The notes beneath the pieces were generated by a model. That model made no database searches and was not told where the DNA came from. It saw nothing but the letters and a program-made list of their open reading frames with translations. DNA of 64,000 nucleotides from NCBI GenBank assembly GCA_021108075.1, contig JAIORP010000178.1, positions 31,811 through 95,810 of the forward strand, given 5' to 3'. This DNA is from Candidatus Omnitrophota bacterium. Its GTDB lineage: Bacteria > Omnitrophota > Gorgyraeia > Zapsychrales > Zapsychraceae. Position numbers and translations under genes: made by a program. This document shows positions 38,224-48,389 of the stretch, piece after piece (position 1 is the stretch's first letter; every line of letters begins with the position of its first letter).

Positions 38224-38538
38224 GGGCTCTTATTATCAGGGCGGAACCTTTTTTAAATTTAATAAGTATAGCACATTGATTAAACTTGTGTATGAAAGTG
38301 TACTTATAATAATGAAAACAATTTTTTTAGTGGCGAATATGTGTTAGATACCTTTTCTTTGGGATACGTTCGTATGCAATTATGAAAATGAAAAGTATCA
38401 GTTTTCATTTTTTGCGTATTACATGTTTTTTATGATGTTCGTGTATTTTTCAATATAGAAAGAAAAGACGGTTCGTCATGCCTGTTTCCAAGAAGCATTG
38501 ATCGGATTCGGAAAAGATATCGAGAAGAAATTTATTTA

Positions 38539-39459
38539 ATGAGTTCAATTTTAAATTGTCCGGTTTGCGATCATCCATTTGATGAAGGTGACGCGAAAAG
38601 CACGGCCTATCCGCAGGCAGGAACCGCGGGTTTTGGGCCTATGCCGCGGTCCATTCATTTTTGTCCGGAATGTCAGGCGGGTTTTATCACGACGGTCATT
38701 AACCAGGAGGAATTGGACCGGTACTATCAACAGGGCCGTTATTGGGACCAATCTTTTAACCGGCTTTCTATCCACACGCATCCGGGGCAATTTGTGCTCG
38801 CTCAATCCAGATGGGATATCATTAAAAACCAGATGTCCGCCGGCGAGTGTTCGATCTTAGATATCGGCGCGGGGCAGGCCTTCTTAGGCTGGATCGCGGC
38901 AAAAGACCCGTCTGTTTCGGTGGAGCGTTATTGCGCTGTCGAATCTGATGACAACTTGCGCGCGTCGGTCCAAAAGACATGGTCTGCTGGCGCGATCGAC
39001 GCGAAGTTGTCATTAAAGGAGAGTTTAGATCACGTTGAAGGGCGTTATGACTTGATCGTCTTATCGCATATTCTGGAACATATTTCCCGCCCGCAGGAAT
39101 TTTTAAGGCAAGCGCTGTCGTTCCTGACGGGAGACGGTTTGCTGTTTATTGACGTGCCCAATCAGGATTATCGGTTTAAGCCGGATGTCTTTCCGCATTT
39201 GCTCTTTTTTGATATTATGAGTTTAACGCGTTTGATCCAACATTCAGGATTGAGTGTGCTGAGTATAAACACATATGGTCCTTCGATCACACAGAAATTG
39301 AAAAGGCCAGGCGCGATGGAAAGAACGCTGGAACGCTGTGTTTATCGATTCAGAAAAATATTGCCTTCAGCCGCGTTACAAGGATTTTTCAGCGGACATT
39401 TTAAGGTTAATCGTTGCCAGGAAGATGGTCTCTGGCTCAGGGCTTTAGCCCGTCGGTAG
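38539..39459 (+). CDS. Class I SAM-dependent methyltransferase with N-terminal zinc-ribbon
   Basis: CPVCDHPFDEGD ... CPECQAGF then ILDIGAGQAFLGW SAM motif; 306 aa; GC-richer than the preceding island. Confidence 0.6.
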   Translation: MSSILNCPVCDHPFDEGDAKSTAYPQAGTAGFGPMPRSIHFCPECQAGFITTVINQEELDRYYQQGRYWDQSFNRLSIHTHPGQFVLAQSRWDIIKNQMSAGECSILDIGAGQAFLGWIAAKDPSVSVERYCAVESDDNLRASVQKTWSAGAIDAKLSLKESLDHVEGRYDLIVLSHILEHISRPQEFLRQALSFLTGDGLLFIDVPNQDYRFKPDVFPHLLFFDIMSLTRLIQHSGLSVLSINTYGPSITQKLKRPGAMERTLERCVYRFRKILPSAALQGFFSGHFKVNRCQEDGLWLRALARR

Positions 39460-39462
39460 GGG

Positions 39463-40044
39463 ATGATGTTTATTCGTCAAGTTGATAGAATTTTAGGCGG
39501 CCTTTATTGCAAGGCCCGGGGAGTCACATGCCCGGCAAGCGTTAATGTCTACGGCTTTCCCATCATAAAAAAGGATAAAGCCGCGTCCATTACTCTTGCT
39601 GACGGAGTGACTTTAACCAGTCGCAAAACGATCAATCTGGCAGGTATCGCCCATCCGGTTATCCTGGCCGCGCCGTATCCCCGAAGCCATATCGCGATCG
39701 GCCGGAATTCAGGAATGTCGGGCGGCGTTCTTTACGCGGTCAAATCTATTGTGATTGGAAAACACGTGAATATCGGTGTGAACACGTGCGTTTATGACAC
39801 GGATTTTCATCCCCTGGATTTTAAATTGCGGCGCGGGAATGACCCGCGAGATGCTGTCTGCGCGCCTGTTACCATTGAAGATGATGTCTGGATAGGCGGC
39901 GGCTGTTTGATCCTGAAAGGCGTTATGGTAGGAACAGGGGCGGTCATCGGTGCCAGGAGTGTTATCACAAAAGATATTCCACCGTTTACATTATGGGCGG
40001 GTAATCCCGCCCGGTTGATCAAAGAAATTCATCCCTCAAAATGA
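39463..40044 (+). CDS. Hexapeptide-repeat (LbH) acetyltransferase
   Basis: Repeating [LIV]G-x4 hexapeptides (IGRNSGMSGGVLYAV ... IGKHVNIGVN ... IGGGCLILKGVMVGTGAVIGARSVI); 193 aa. Confidence 0.65.
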   Translation: MMFIRQVDRILGGLYCKARGVTCPASVNVYGFPIIKKDKAASITLADGVTLTSRKTINLAGIAHPVILAAPYPRSHIAIGRNSGMSGGVLYAVKSIVIGKHVNIGVNTCVYDTDFHPLDFKLRRGNDPRDAVCAPVTIEDDVWIGGGCLILKGVMVGTGAVIGARSVITKDIPPFTLWAGNPARLIKEIHPSK

Positions 40045-41861
40045 TATCAATTATATTTATAAACAAGGCAAATCGGTTGAAGGCTGTTCTGGACGCCTGT
40101 TCGGATTCAACATGCGCCGTGCTGCGGGTGTTGTATAACCAACAGACGCCCGTGATACTGAACAAGCTAAGGGAACGCGGGGTTAAATATAAACAGATCA
40201 AAGGCCGGGATTATATCGCGCGGTATCAAAATAGTTATTCGCGATTCATAGGAGCTCTGAACATGAAATACGCGGGGCTTCATTGGTGGGCCCTGGACCT
40301 GACCAATAAAAATCCGATTACAACCCGTTTATTTGACGCGGTTTATTGCACCCTCTTAATTGAGAAGCTTGTTGAAAAAGGGGAATTTCAGACGATTGTC
40401 GTTATCAGTGAGGACAAAGACTGTTGTCGGCAGATACAGAGAAATCACGCGGAAAGTGTGAATGTCCATGTTCAAGATTTGACCGTGACCTTCCCGGTGA
40501 AAAAGTTTCTTCAACGGATATTCCCTTTAGGCCCCGTGTATAAGTTTTTATGGGCTTTAACAGGAAAATGTTGGGCCGCGTTGAATCTTCCCGCCCAAAA
40601 AAATTGGGAGAAAGCACCCACGCATTTTATTATGTCTTTGCTTTATGATCCCTGTTTTAAGACCGGCGAATATCAGGATGTCTACTTTGGCCCGTTTGTT
40701 GAATTCATGGCTGAGCGGAATATTCCGTTTGTCAATGTGATGGAGGTCTGCGCCCCGTATCATAAGATGATGAAACAGACCAAACAGAAAGCAAAACGTT
40801 TTGCCGTCTATCCGAAAGAATCGTTTTTATCCGTGAAGCACATGTTCATGAGCCTGATAGCCGCCCTCAAAGCTTTTTATCGCCCGGTCCGTTTGGACGC
40901 CCCGTGCGAGATCGATGGTGTTTGTTGTCAGTATCTCCTCAGACGATATATGCGTTATGAATATGTTTCAACCCGTTATTGTTCCAATCTGCTCATGTTT
41001 TACGCGTTTACCGATATTGCCCGGCAGTTTCCCGGTTGCACCATTTATTATCCTTTTGAAAACCGGTCGTTTGAAAAGATGATCATCAGCGCCGTCCGGC
41101 AGCATCCGTCGCGGATAAAATTAATCGCGTATCAACATGCCTCGGCAACGCTGCGTCATACGAATTTTTTGTTGGCGCAGGGAGAAGAAAAAATATTACC
41201 GCTACCGGACCGCGTTTACACTTTGGGAAGCATTACCCGGAATTTTATCATTGAGCAGGGCGGCTTTCCGCGGGAACTGTTTGTTGAGGGATGTGCTCTG
41301 CGGCAAAAACCTTATACCGGTGCGATCAAAAAGAAGTCCCCGGGCGTGAAGAAATTGCTGGTTGCCTTAGCGACCAACATTGAAGAATATGTCAAAGCTT
41401 TGTTATTTCTGTCTGAAGCGTTTGAATCCGGACAGGGTGAGTATGAGGTCTGGATCCGGCCGCATCCGGTTTTTCCGCTTGAAGACGCCCTGGCGATCAC
41501 GGGCCCGTTATCATTTCATTTTCATCAAGCGGATCAAGAGACCTTACCCGCATCCTTTCAATGGGCGGATATTCTTCTTTTTGTTCATTCTATGGTCGCG
41601 ATTGAAGGTTTGATGTATGGACTGCCGTGCCTGCGCCTCGTGGTGGATAACCCGGTTGATCCTGATCCATTGTTAGGGTGGACAGATTTTAAATGGGATG
41701 TCGCGCGACCGAAGAATTTGATAAAAACTATTGCGTCGATAGAGGCTCTTAGTGATAATGATTTCTATTCCAGGCAGAAAAAAGGCTGTTGTTTTCCTCA
41801 GGAATACATGCGGCCGGTTACAAAGGCGTTTTTAAACACACTTTTATACCAATTCCATTAA
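40041..41861 (+). CDS. Hypothetical protein, 606 aa; possible glycosyl/nonulosonyl transferase, about the same size as 19658..21484
   Basis: Long ORF with ATGA overlap to the acetyltransferase; no recognisable catalytic motif. Confidence 0.4.
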   Translation: MISIIFINKANRLKAVLDACSDSTCAVLRVLYNQQTPVILNKLRERGVKYKQIKGRDYIARYQNSYSRFIGALNMKYAGLHWWALDLTNKNPITTRLFDAVYCTLLIEKLVEKGEFQTIVVISEDKDCCRQIQRNHAESVNVHVQDLTVTFPVKKFLQRIFPLGPVYKFLWALTGKCWAALNLPAQKNWEKAPTHFIMSLLYDPCFKTGEYQDVYFGPFVEFMAERNIPFVNVMEVCAPYHKMMKQTKQKAKRFAVYPKESFLSVKHMFMSLIAALKAFYRPVRLDAPCEIDGVCCQYLLRRYMRYEYVSTRYCSNLLMFYAFTDIARQFPGCTIYYPFENRSFEKMIISAVRQHPSRIKLIAYQHASATLRHTNFLLAQGEEKILPLPDRVYTLGSITRNFIIEQGGFPRELFVEGCALRQKPYTGAIKKKSPGVKKLLVALATNIEEYVKALLFLSEAFESGQGEYEVWIRPHPVFPLEDALAITGPLSFHFHQADQETLPASFQWADILLFVHSMVAIEGLMYGLPCLRLVVDNPVDPDPLLGWTDFKWDVARPKNLIKTIASIEALSDNDFYSRQKKGCCFPQEYMRPVTKAFLNTLLYQFH

Positions 41862-41924
41862 AGAATTGTACAAATAACGAGAGCAAATCCAATAAATGTG
41901 CGCCACGATAATTCTTCTGACTTC

Positions 41925-42000
41925 TCATCGCTATTCGCGTAAAAGCGTTCGCGAAATACGATGAGAATTTTTGGCAATTATTTTATGGATTTGGTATTAA
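41925..42000 (+). repeat. Diverged partial copy of the promoter/operator element upstream of the radical SAM operon
   Basis: TTCGCG-N10-CGCGAA dyad followed by TTGGCAATTATTTTATGGATTTGGTATTAA, alignable to the 3' half of the consensus. Confidence 0.55.
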
Positions 42001-42009
42001 CAGGAAGCC

Positions 42010-43122
42010 ATGAAAAGACTCCATAGGTTATTATTCATCAATATCCCTTTATTGATACGCGCGGCCATCATTAAGGTTTGTCCGCCGATATATCCTGTTT
42101 TACGGTTTAAACCGTATTTAGCCACATTGAACGTCACGGAGAAATGTTGTCTGCGGTGTATCATGTGCAATCTATGGCGGGAATCTCATCCTGATGAGTT
42201 GAAAAAAGATGATTGGTTCAGGATTTTGGATGAGCTAAAGCTGGCAGGGGTTCAGGAAGTTAATTTCACCGGAGGGGAAGCCTTGATGCGCACGGATATC
42301 TTTGATTTGATTCATCACGCGAACACGTCAGGGATGAAATGCGGGTTAACCACAAACGGCTACCTTTTAACAGAAAAGAATATTAACCGTTTGATTCAAT
42401 CCGGGGTCAGGATTTTTAATATTTCCATGGATGCTGTCGGTTCCGCGTATGATGACATTCGGGGTGTCCAGGGCGGCTATGAACGGTTATATTCCGCCTG
42501 CCAACGTTTAAGCCGGGTTAAGAAAGAACAGGGTGTTGACGTGTATCTGTGTTTTTTATTGATGAAAAAAACGTTGGCGCATTATAAAAGTGTTCTGGCG
42601 ATCGGCGAAGAGTCAGGGTTGCCTGTTGTGATTAACCTGTTTGATGTGAACCCTTATTTTTTTCAATCGGCGGCTAAAAAAGATGATTTTTGGATCGGGC
42701 GGGAAGAGCAAAAGGAGTTTAAGGAATTCTTAAAATATATGGTGAATCAAAAAAGTCAAAACAAAGACTTTACGTATCATTCTTTCATCGAAATCGATTA
42801 TTTCTCAAAATATTTTAAGGACCCCCTGCAGAAGACCCTGCCGTGCGTCGTGTCACAAAGCCGGCTGTGCGTCGGACCAAAAGGGCAAGTTTACGGGGGT
42901 TGTTGGGCGATGGGAGAATATGGCCAGCTGCGTCAGCAATCATTAAAGGATATCATGCGTTCGGATAAGTTTAAAACGGCCCATAAAAAGATGTTTTTTA
43001 AAGATTGTCCCGGGTGTTCTTGCGGTTACGCCACGAATTTAAGATATTCGTTTAGAAATGTTTTAACAGAACTGGGGTACAGAATGTTCCCTAAAAAAAG
43101 AGAGAAGATTTATATTTCATGA
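42010..43122 (+). CDS. Radical SAM protein with C-terminal Cys-rich (SPASM-like) region
   Basis: CCLRCIMC (CxxxCxxC) near the N-terminus, C-terminal CPGCSCGY cluster; 370 aa. Confidence 0.7.
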   Translation: MKRLHRLLFINIPLLIRAAIIKVCPPIYPVLRFKPYLATLNVTEKCCLRCIMCNLWRESHPDELKKDDWFRILDELKLAGVQEVNFTGGEALMRTDIFDLIHHANTSGMKCGLTTNGYLLTEKNINRLIQSGVRIFNISMDAVGSAYDDIRGVQGGYERLYSACQRLSRVKKEQGVDVYLCFLLMKKTLAHYKSVLAIGEESGLPVVINLFDVNPYFFQSAAKKDDFWIGREEQKEFKEFLKYMVNQKSQNKDFTYHSFIEIDYFSKYFKDPLQKTLPCVVSQSRLCVGPKGQVYGGCWAMGEYGQLRQQSLKDIMRSDKFKTAHKKMFFKDCPGCSCGYATNLRYSFRNVLTELGYRMFPKKREKIYIS

Positions 43123-44036
43123 TATTACCAACGATTAGTTTTATTATCCCGACCAAAGACAGACAGGAAGACCTGGAAAGATTACTCTGTAGTGTGATCA
43201 AACAAGAGGTCCACCCGGATCAAATTGTCATCGTTGATGGGAGCGCTCAATCGCGACCTGATTATTACGCCCAACGGTTTCCCGACTTAAATATCGTTTA
43301 CACACATACAAAATTTCCACGCCTGACGGCCCAAAGAAATACAGGATTGTCCTTGCTTAATGGAGATATCGATTTAGTATGTTTTTTAGATGATGATATT
43401 GTTTTTTGTGACCGCTCTTTGAAGGCCATGCTGTTATTCTGGGCGAAAGCGCCGGAAACTGTCGGGGGAGCGGTTTTTAACATCATGAATGAAAAGAAAC
43501 CTTCGGCCATCGTGTCTGTTAAGGCCTTATTCTGTACCGGGAGCAAACAACGGGGACGGGTTTTAAAGTCCGGGTACAACACACTCATTTGTCCGGCCGA
43601 AGAGACGAAAGAGGTTCAATGGTTGTTCGGCGGGGGCACGGTCTGGCGCAGAGAGGTCTTCGCGGATTACCGTTTTGATGAATGGTTTGAGGGAACGGGC
43701 CTTTGTGAGGACTTGGATTTCAGTTATCAGGTTGGTAAGGCCTATGGCTTGATGGTTGTCGCTGACGCTCAAGTGCTGCATTTAACGGACCTGGTGCAAC
43801 GTCGCGACAATGTCCAGTTTGGCGTAACGCAAATGTTGAACCGTTATTATTTTGTCCGTAAGAACAAAGAGCTGTCGACATGGTTATGCTTTTGGGGTGG
43901 GATTGGACAATTTTTTGAGAACTGTTTAAGGTCCTTATTTGGGCTGCGGTCAGCCTATCTGCGGCGGGCTTATGGCAATATCATTGGCATGACGCGATTA
44001 AAATCCGTTAAATCAACACAAGCCGTTCGGGATTAG
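43119..44036 (+). CDS. Family 2 glycosyltransferase
   Basis: ISFIIPTKDRQEDL N-terminus, DDD region (FLDDDIVF); 305 aa. Confidence 0.7.
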   Translation: MILPTISFIIPTKDRQEDLERLLCSVIKQEVHPDQIVIVDGSAQSRPDYYAQRFPDLNIVYTHTKFPRLTAQRNTGLSLLNGDIDLVCFLDDDIVFCDRSLKAMLLFWAKAPETVGGAVFNIMNEKKPSAIVSVKALFCTGSKQRGRVLKSGYNTLICPAEETKEVQWLFGGGTVWRREVFADYRFDEWFEGTGLCEDLDFSYQVGKAYGLMVVADAQVLHLTDLVQRRDNVQFGVTQMLNRYYFVRKNKELSTWLCFWGGIGQFFENCLRSLFGLRSAYLRRAYGNIIGMTRLKSVKSTQAVRD

Positions 44037-44045
44037 CCGTCATTT

Positions 44046-45470
44046 ATGGAAAGCAAAAAGAATTATTATCTGAACTTTATCGGGATGGCCTTACTGGGCA
44101 GTTTATCGTGGGGCTATATGTTGTGGGGGAATTATCTCGCGGAGTTTAACCTTTCATTTTCTTTTCTCGATTTCCCGATCTTCATCAGTGAAATTGTTTT
44201 ATTTGTCTGTTTTTTGCTGTTCGTGATCAGAAACCATGGAAAAAATATTTCTGAACGACCTGTTTATTTAATGATCACCGGATATATTTTATTTGTGCTT
44301 CTGAAAGCTCTTTATGGATATTTCAAGTGGGGTCCGCTCGCGCTCCGGAATGCTGCCTTGTTATATTATCCGTTTACAGCTGTTTTAACCTGTTTTTTCT
44401 ATAAAAGGGATTTTTTTAAGTCGAAAAATTCTTATTTATTATTAATGTTGTTATTTGTGATTTTTTTGAATATTGTCGAAACAAAGCGATGGATTTTCGC
44501 GTGTTCGATACTCAGTTTTGTTATTTTGTTCAGGCATAAAGAATTTTTATTGAACAAAATATTATTGTTTCTGCTTTTGTTCTTGTTGCCCTATCCGTAT
44601 TTTTTTCAGACCTCACGGATGATGATTGTTAGTAATTTAATGTCTTTGCTGTATGTTGCCTGGGTGGTCCTGGTTATTGTCAAAGCAAAAAGGGTATGGA
44701 AGTGGGGTATTGCCGGTCTGATCATTATTAGCGTAGGGATTCTATTAAGTTGCTTTTCGAGTAAGTCGGGAATCCTGTCGATGTTGAAGGTCGACTTGAT
44801 CAGGGATGAATATGCCAAAGCGAATAAGAAGTACGAGAAGCAGAGAGATTATTACCGCCCCATTGCTCTGCGTGTAAAAGTTTATAATCCTCGCGCGGAT
44901 AGTTCAATAACGGATATTCCTTCTCATATCGCTCGTAAAAGCAGTGTTGATCATAAAAAAATGATAAAGGAGGAAATAGAGTCCCCTTTGAAAACCAGGG
45001 TTTACGATCAAGCCGTTGAACAGGATCAGGGGGCTAATCTTAGAATCGGTAATATCGTGTTCCGAATTTTTATATGGCAAGATATGTTAGAGGATATGAT
45101 ATCAAAGAAGAGGATATTGGGTTTTGATTTTGGAAAACCGGTACGGTCAAAACGTTTAGAGGTTTTAAACTGGGGGAGCACGGAATGGAGAAGGGATGGT
45201 TGGATCGCGGCGCACAACTCCTATTTGCACATGATTTACCGGACGGGTATTGTTGGCGTCGCCTTGATTGCCTTTTTGATCGGCCATCTGTTAAAAATGA
45301 TCCATGGTTTTAAAAAGAGACGTGACTTGATCGGTTTGTTATTATGCGCCATAATTATCAATTATTTTATAGCCGCCAATTTTTTATTGATTTTTGAGTT
45401 GCCCTACACAGCCATACCCATTTGGTCGTTATACGGGGTTATTATGGCCTATCACAAAAAGTTAGTCTAG
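44046..45470 (+). CDS. Polytopic membrane protein, O-antigen ligase/polymerase (Wzy_C)-like
   Basis: More than 10 predicted hydrophobic helices; C-terminal AHNSYLHMIYRTGIVG resembles the conserved His-containing loop of WaaL/Wzy-family proteins; 474 aa. Confidence 0.5.
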   Translation: MESKKNYYLNFIGMALLGSLSWGYMLWGNYLAEFNLSFSFLDFPIFISEIVLFVCFLLFVIRNHGKNISERPVYLMITGYILFVLLKALYGYFKWGPLALRNAALLYYPFTAVLTCFFYKRDFFKSKNSYLLLMLLFVIFLNIVETKRWIFACSILSFVILFRHKEFLLNKILLFLLLFLLPYPYFFQTSRMMIVSNLMSLLYVAWVVLVIVKAKRVWKWGIAGLIIISVGILLSCFSSKSGILSMLKVDLIRDEYAKANKKYEKQRDYYRPIALRVKVYNPRADSSITDIPSHIARKSSVDHKKMIKEEIESPLKTRVYDQAVEQDQGANLRIGNIVFRIFIWQDMLEDMISKKRILGFDFGKPVRSKRLEVLNWGSTEWRRDGWIAAHNSYLHMIYRTGIVGVALIAFLIGHLLKMIHGFKKRRDLIGLLLCAIIINYFIAANFLLIFELPYTAIPIWSLYGVIMAYHKKLV

Positions 45471-45473
45471 GAT

Positions 45474-46640
45474 ATGAGAATATTAATTGTTCATAATCAA
45501 TACACTGAGCCCGGAGGAGAAGATAAGATTGTTGAGGCGGAACAATCTTTGTTGACTTCTCATGGGCATGATGTTGAGCTTTATCTCCGTTCAAATAACG
45601 AACTGAAGCGGAAGAGTATATTCAGAAAACTCAAATTTGTCTATCTAGAGGTGTTTTCCTCCAAGAAAACGTATTACGATGTATTAGATATGATTAATGC
45701 GTTTGGACCGGACATTGTTCATGTCCATAATATTTTTTTGATGATATCCCCCGCCATTTATGATGTTTGTTTTCAAAAAAAAATCCCTGTCGTGCAAACA
45801 ATTCACAACTACCGTTTTTTTTGCAGCAATGGTTTATTTTTTCGGGAGGGGCGGGTGTGTGAAGACTGTATCTCAAAAGGACCAATTTCTGCTATCACTT
45901 ATCGCTGTTGGCGCAGGTCCATGCTGGCGTCAGGATTGATGACAAAAGTACAGGATAAACTTCATCGAGAATATTTAAATAGTGATAAAATATCGCGCTA
46001 TATCGCTCCTTCGGAATTTACCCGCAAGAAATGCGTTGAATGTGGATTGCCCGAAGATAAGATCGCCGTGAAACCGCATTTTTCACCGGATAAACCGTTT
46101 GAAAATAAGAGCCCCGGGGAATATGTCGCGTTCGTCGGGCGACTTATTGATTACAAGGGGATTATCCTGCTGCTGGAATGTTTTAAAGACTTAAAGGATA
46201 TTCCTTTAAAGATCATTGGTGACGGGCCGTTACATGCTGATGTTGAGCGCGTGGCCGCGGACAATCCACAGATTTCCTTTCTAGGTTACCGGTCGTCCGA
46301 ACAGGTTGGTGAACTATTGTCCAAAGCCGCTTATATTGTTTGTCCGTCTCCTTGTTATGAAACGTTTGGCCGGGTTGTCGTCGAAGCGTTTAGCCAGGGA
46401 ACACCCGCGCTCGTATCAAGAGGCGGGGCGTTAGAAGAGCTGATAACAGATCCTTGTCTCGGTGTTATTGCCGAAGACAATCAACCTCAATATTTCAGAT
46501 CTGCGGCAAAGGATTTGTGGCTGAACGTGCAAAGGGGCGGGGTCGATTTTCAAAAGATCAGGGATATCTATGACCGTCGATATACAGCAGATATTAATTA
46601 TAAGATGATGATGTCCATTTATACCAGTTCCATTAAATAA
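45474..46640 (+). CDS. Family 4 (GT-B, retaining) glycosyltransferase
   Basis: C-terminal E-x7-E region CPSPCYETFGRVVVEAFSQGTPAL; 388 aa. Confidence 0.75.
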   Translation: MRILIVHNQYTEPGGEDKIVEAEQSLLTSHGHDVELYLRSNNELKRKSIFRKLKFVYLEVFSSKKTYYDVLDMINAFGPDIVHVHNIFLMISPAIYDVCFQKKIPVVQTIHNYRFFCSNGLFFREGRVCEDCISKGPISAITYRCWRRSMLASGLMTKVQDKLHREYLNSDKISRYIAPSEFTRKKCVECGLPEDKIAVKPHFSPDKPFENKSPGEYVAFVGRLIDYKGIILLLECFKDLKDIPLKIIGDGPLHADVERVAADNPQISFLGYRSSEQVGELLSKAAYIVCPSPCYETFGRVVVEAFSQGTPALVSRGGALEELITDPCLGVIAEDNQPQYFRSAAKDLWLNVQRGGVDFQKIRDIYDRRYTADINYKMMMSIYTSSIK

Positions 46641-46712
46641 TGACCAAAACCAATTCTGCTGTTCAGAATTAAGATAGAACAATTTATTAATGGATTTGGT
46701 ATTACCAGAACG
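46641..46712 (-). repeat. Promoter/operator repeat element, inverted (minus-orientation) copy, upstream of the 46743 gene
   Basis: The reverse complement of 46641..46706 reads ATACCAAATCCATTAATAAATTGTTCTATCTTAATTCTGAACAGCAGAATTGGTTTTGGTCA. Confidence 0.75.
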
Positions 46713-46742
46713 TTATGAATAAAAAAATATCGCAATAATATT

Positions 46743-48188
46743 ATGACGCGTAATCAATCAAAAAAAATTTTAACCACCTGGTGTTTAATTTTTCTTTGTT
46801 GCTTTTTTTATTGGGGGTACTTATTTTTTGCTTCATCGTTTGATATTGCCCATGACGCGGTCGGGTATCAAAACCTGGGGAAGATGGTCCATCAAAAAGG
46901 CTGGAAAGAATATTTCATCACCGGACCTAACAGGGAGCCGGTCTATATCGCGACAATAGCGTTATCGATGAAGTTGGGTGAAATGTTTTCTCTGAATTAT
47001 CAATATTTTCAGAAATTGACACAGGTTTTATGTCTTTTTATCAGCCAATTGATGGTTTTGGTTCTTCTGCGGCGTTTACAGATAAGGCGGGGAGTGCAGA
47101 TGCTTGTTATTTTTTATATGGGTTTTTCACCCGCGTTGGTGAATGCCGCGTTCAGCTTGTACTCGGAAATAGCCGCGTTGCCGTTTGTTCCATTGCTGTT
47201 AGTATGTTGTTTGATGTCTTTTCAAAGGATCTTTTCAAGCGAGAATAAGAATCCTGTGTCATTTGGGATTTACACGGCTTTCGTTTTTATGGCCGCGACT
47301 CTTTGCAAAGGCATTTTTCATTATGTTTTTCTGACATTGGCCGGAATATTGGGGATGGCGGTTTTGTTTGCGTTATACAAAAAGAGGAAATCGCTTTTGG
47401 TCTCCATTATACTGTTTTTGTGTCCGCTGGTCATGATCTATTCTTTAGGGATCGGTGGTTTTATGGCGTTGAACAAACACTATAATGGTCATTTTGAGAT
47501 AACAAACCGTTATGCCGGGGCGTTATTCGGAGTGGCCTATAAAAGGACAAATCCCGTGACCTCACGTATTGTGATGTCGCATGTTGCCGCAATTCCCGGC
47601 TGGGGTGTGTGCCGGATGTTTTTTACGGAGGAAGAGTGCCGGTATACCGAGTTTTATGCGAGTGATATGTATTATATGGGACCGACATTAACCAATCAAT
47701 TGAAAGATCTCCCGGAAGAAGAACATTATACGGCAACGATTCAGTTTGCTTTTGATAGAATAAAACAACATCCGTTCCGTTATACTATGTTTTGTTTGAT
47801 TGAGGCGCCCAAGATGTTTTTCTGGGAGTCGACACGCATTGGTTTTGTGAACTATCCGCAATGGTTGCATCAGTTGTTTGTGTTTAAGCCGGTCAGGTTA
47901 GGCGTCAGACTGCTTATGTCGTTGCTGACGATGATCGCGCTGGGATATCTTTTGTTGCTGTCGATTAAAAGAAGATCTATGCTGGTTGGTCCAACCCAGG
48001 GCTTAAATATGGACCAGCAAAGATTACAGACCAGCTTGATGATTTTACTTATTGTGTTTTTTTTCACAGGGTTGTATTCTTTATTTTTAATCCTGACAAG
48101 ATACGCCTTGCCGGTCGCGCCGTTATATCTCATCGCGATTGCCATATTTGTGGATGAAATGTGCCCTAAGCCGAAAAGAATCGTTTGA
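46743..48188 (+). CDS. Polytopic membrane protein, possible GT-C-fold glycosyltransferase (ArnT/PMT-like)
   Basis: 481 aa with many hydrophobic segments; preceded by an inverted copy of the promoter-repeat element. Confidence 0.45.
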   Translation: MTRNQSKKILTTWCLIFLCCFFYWGYLFFASSFDIAHDAVGYQNLGKMVHQKGWKEYFITGPNREPVYIATIALSMKLGEMFSLNYQYFQKLTQVLCLFISQLMVLVLLRRLQIRRGVQMLVIFYMGFSPALVNAAFSLYSEIAALPFVPLLLVCCLMSFQRIFSSENKNPVSFGIYTAFVFMAATLCKGIFHYVFLTLAGILGMAVLFALYKKRKSLLVSIILFLCPLVMIYSLGIGGFMALNKHYNGHFEITNRYAGALFGVAYKRTNPVTSRIVMSHVAAIPGWGVCRMFFTEEECRYTEFYASDMYYMGPTLTNQLKDLPEEEHYTATIQFAFDRIKQHPFRYTMFCLIEAPKMFFWESTRIGFVNYPQWLHQLFVFKPVRLGVRLLMSLLTMIALGYLLLLSIKRRSMLVGPTQGLNMDQQRLQTSLMILLIVFFFTGLYSLFLILTRYALPVAPLYLIAIAIFVDEMCPKPKRIV

Positions 48189-48389
48189 TGAAACACACTG
48201 TTAAAAATCAGGTAACGATACAGGTCTCACCCGGTCCAAAGATCCGGAAAACGCTCATTGACAAAAATTGTATTTATTTTTTGACGATACGAGAAAATAA
48301 TGTTTAAGTATTATTCATGAAAGAGACAACATCAGAAGAAGCCCGCGTGAATTAATCTTTATTTATGAACGATTCGATCAGGCCTGGGC

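Noticed and set aside
38385-38416. Inverted repeat AAAATGAAAA-GTATCAG-TTTTCATTTT downstream of the TIR-NTPase gene
   Set aside because: The stem is all A:T and it lies about 215 bp after the stop. It is too weak to call an intrinsic terminator. The stem formed by the right 39-bp repeat (38185..38250) is the better terminator candidate.
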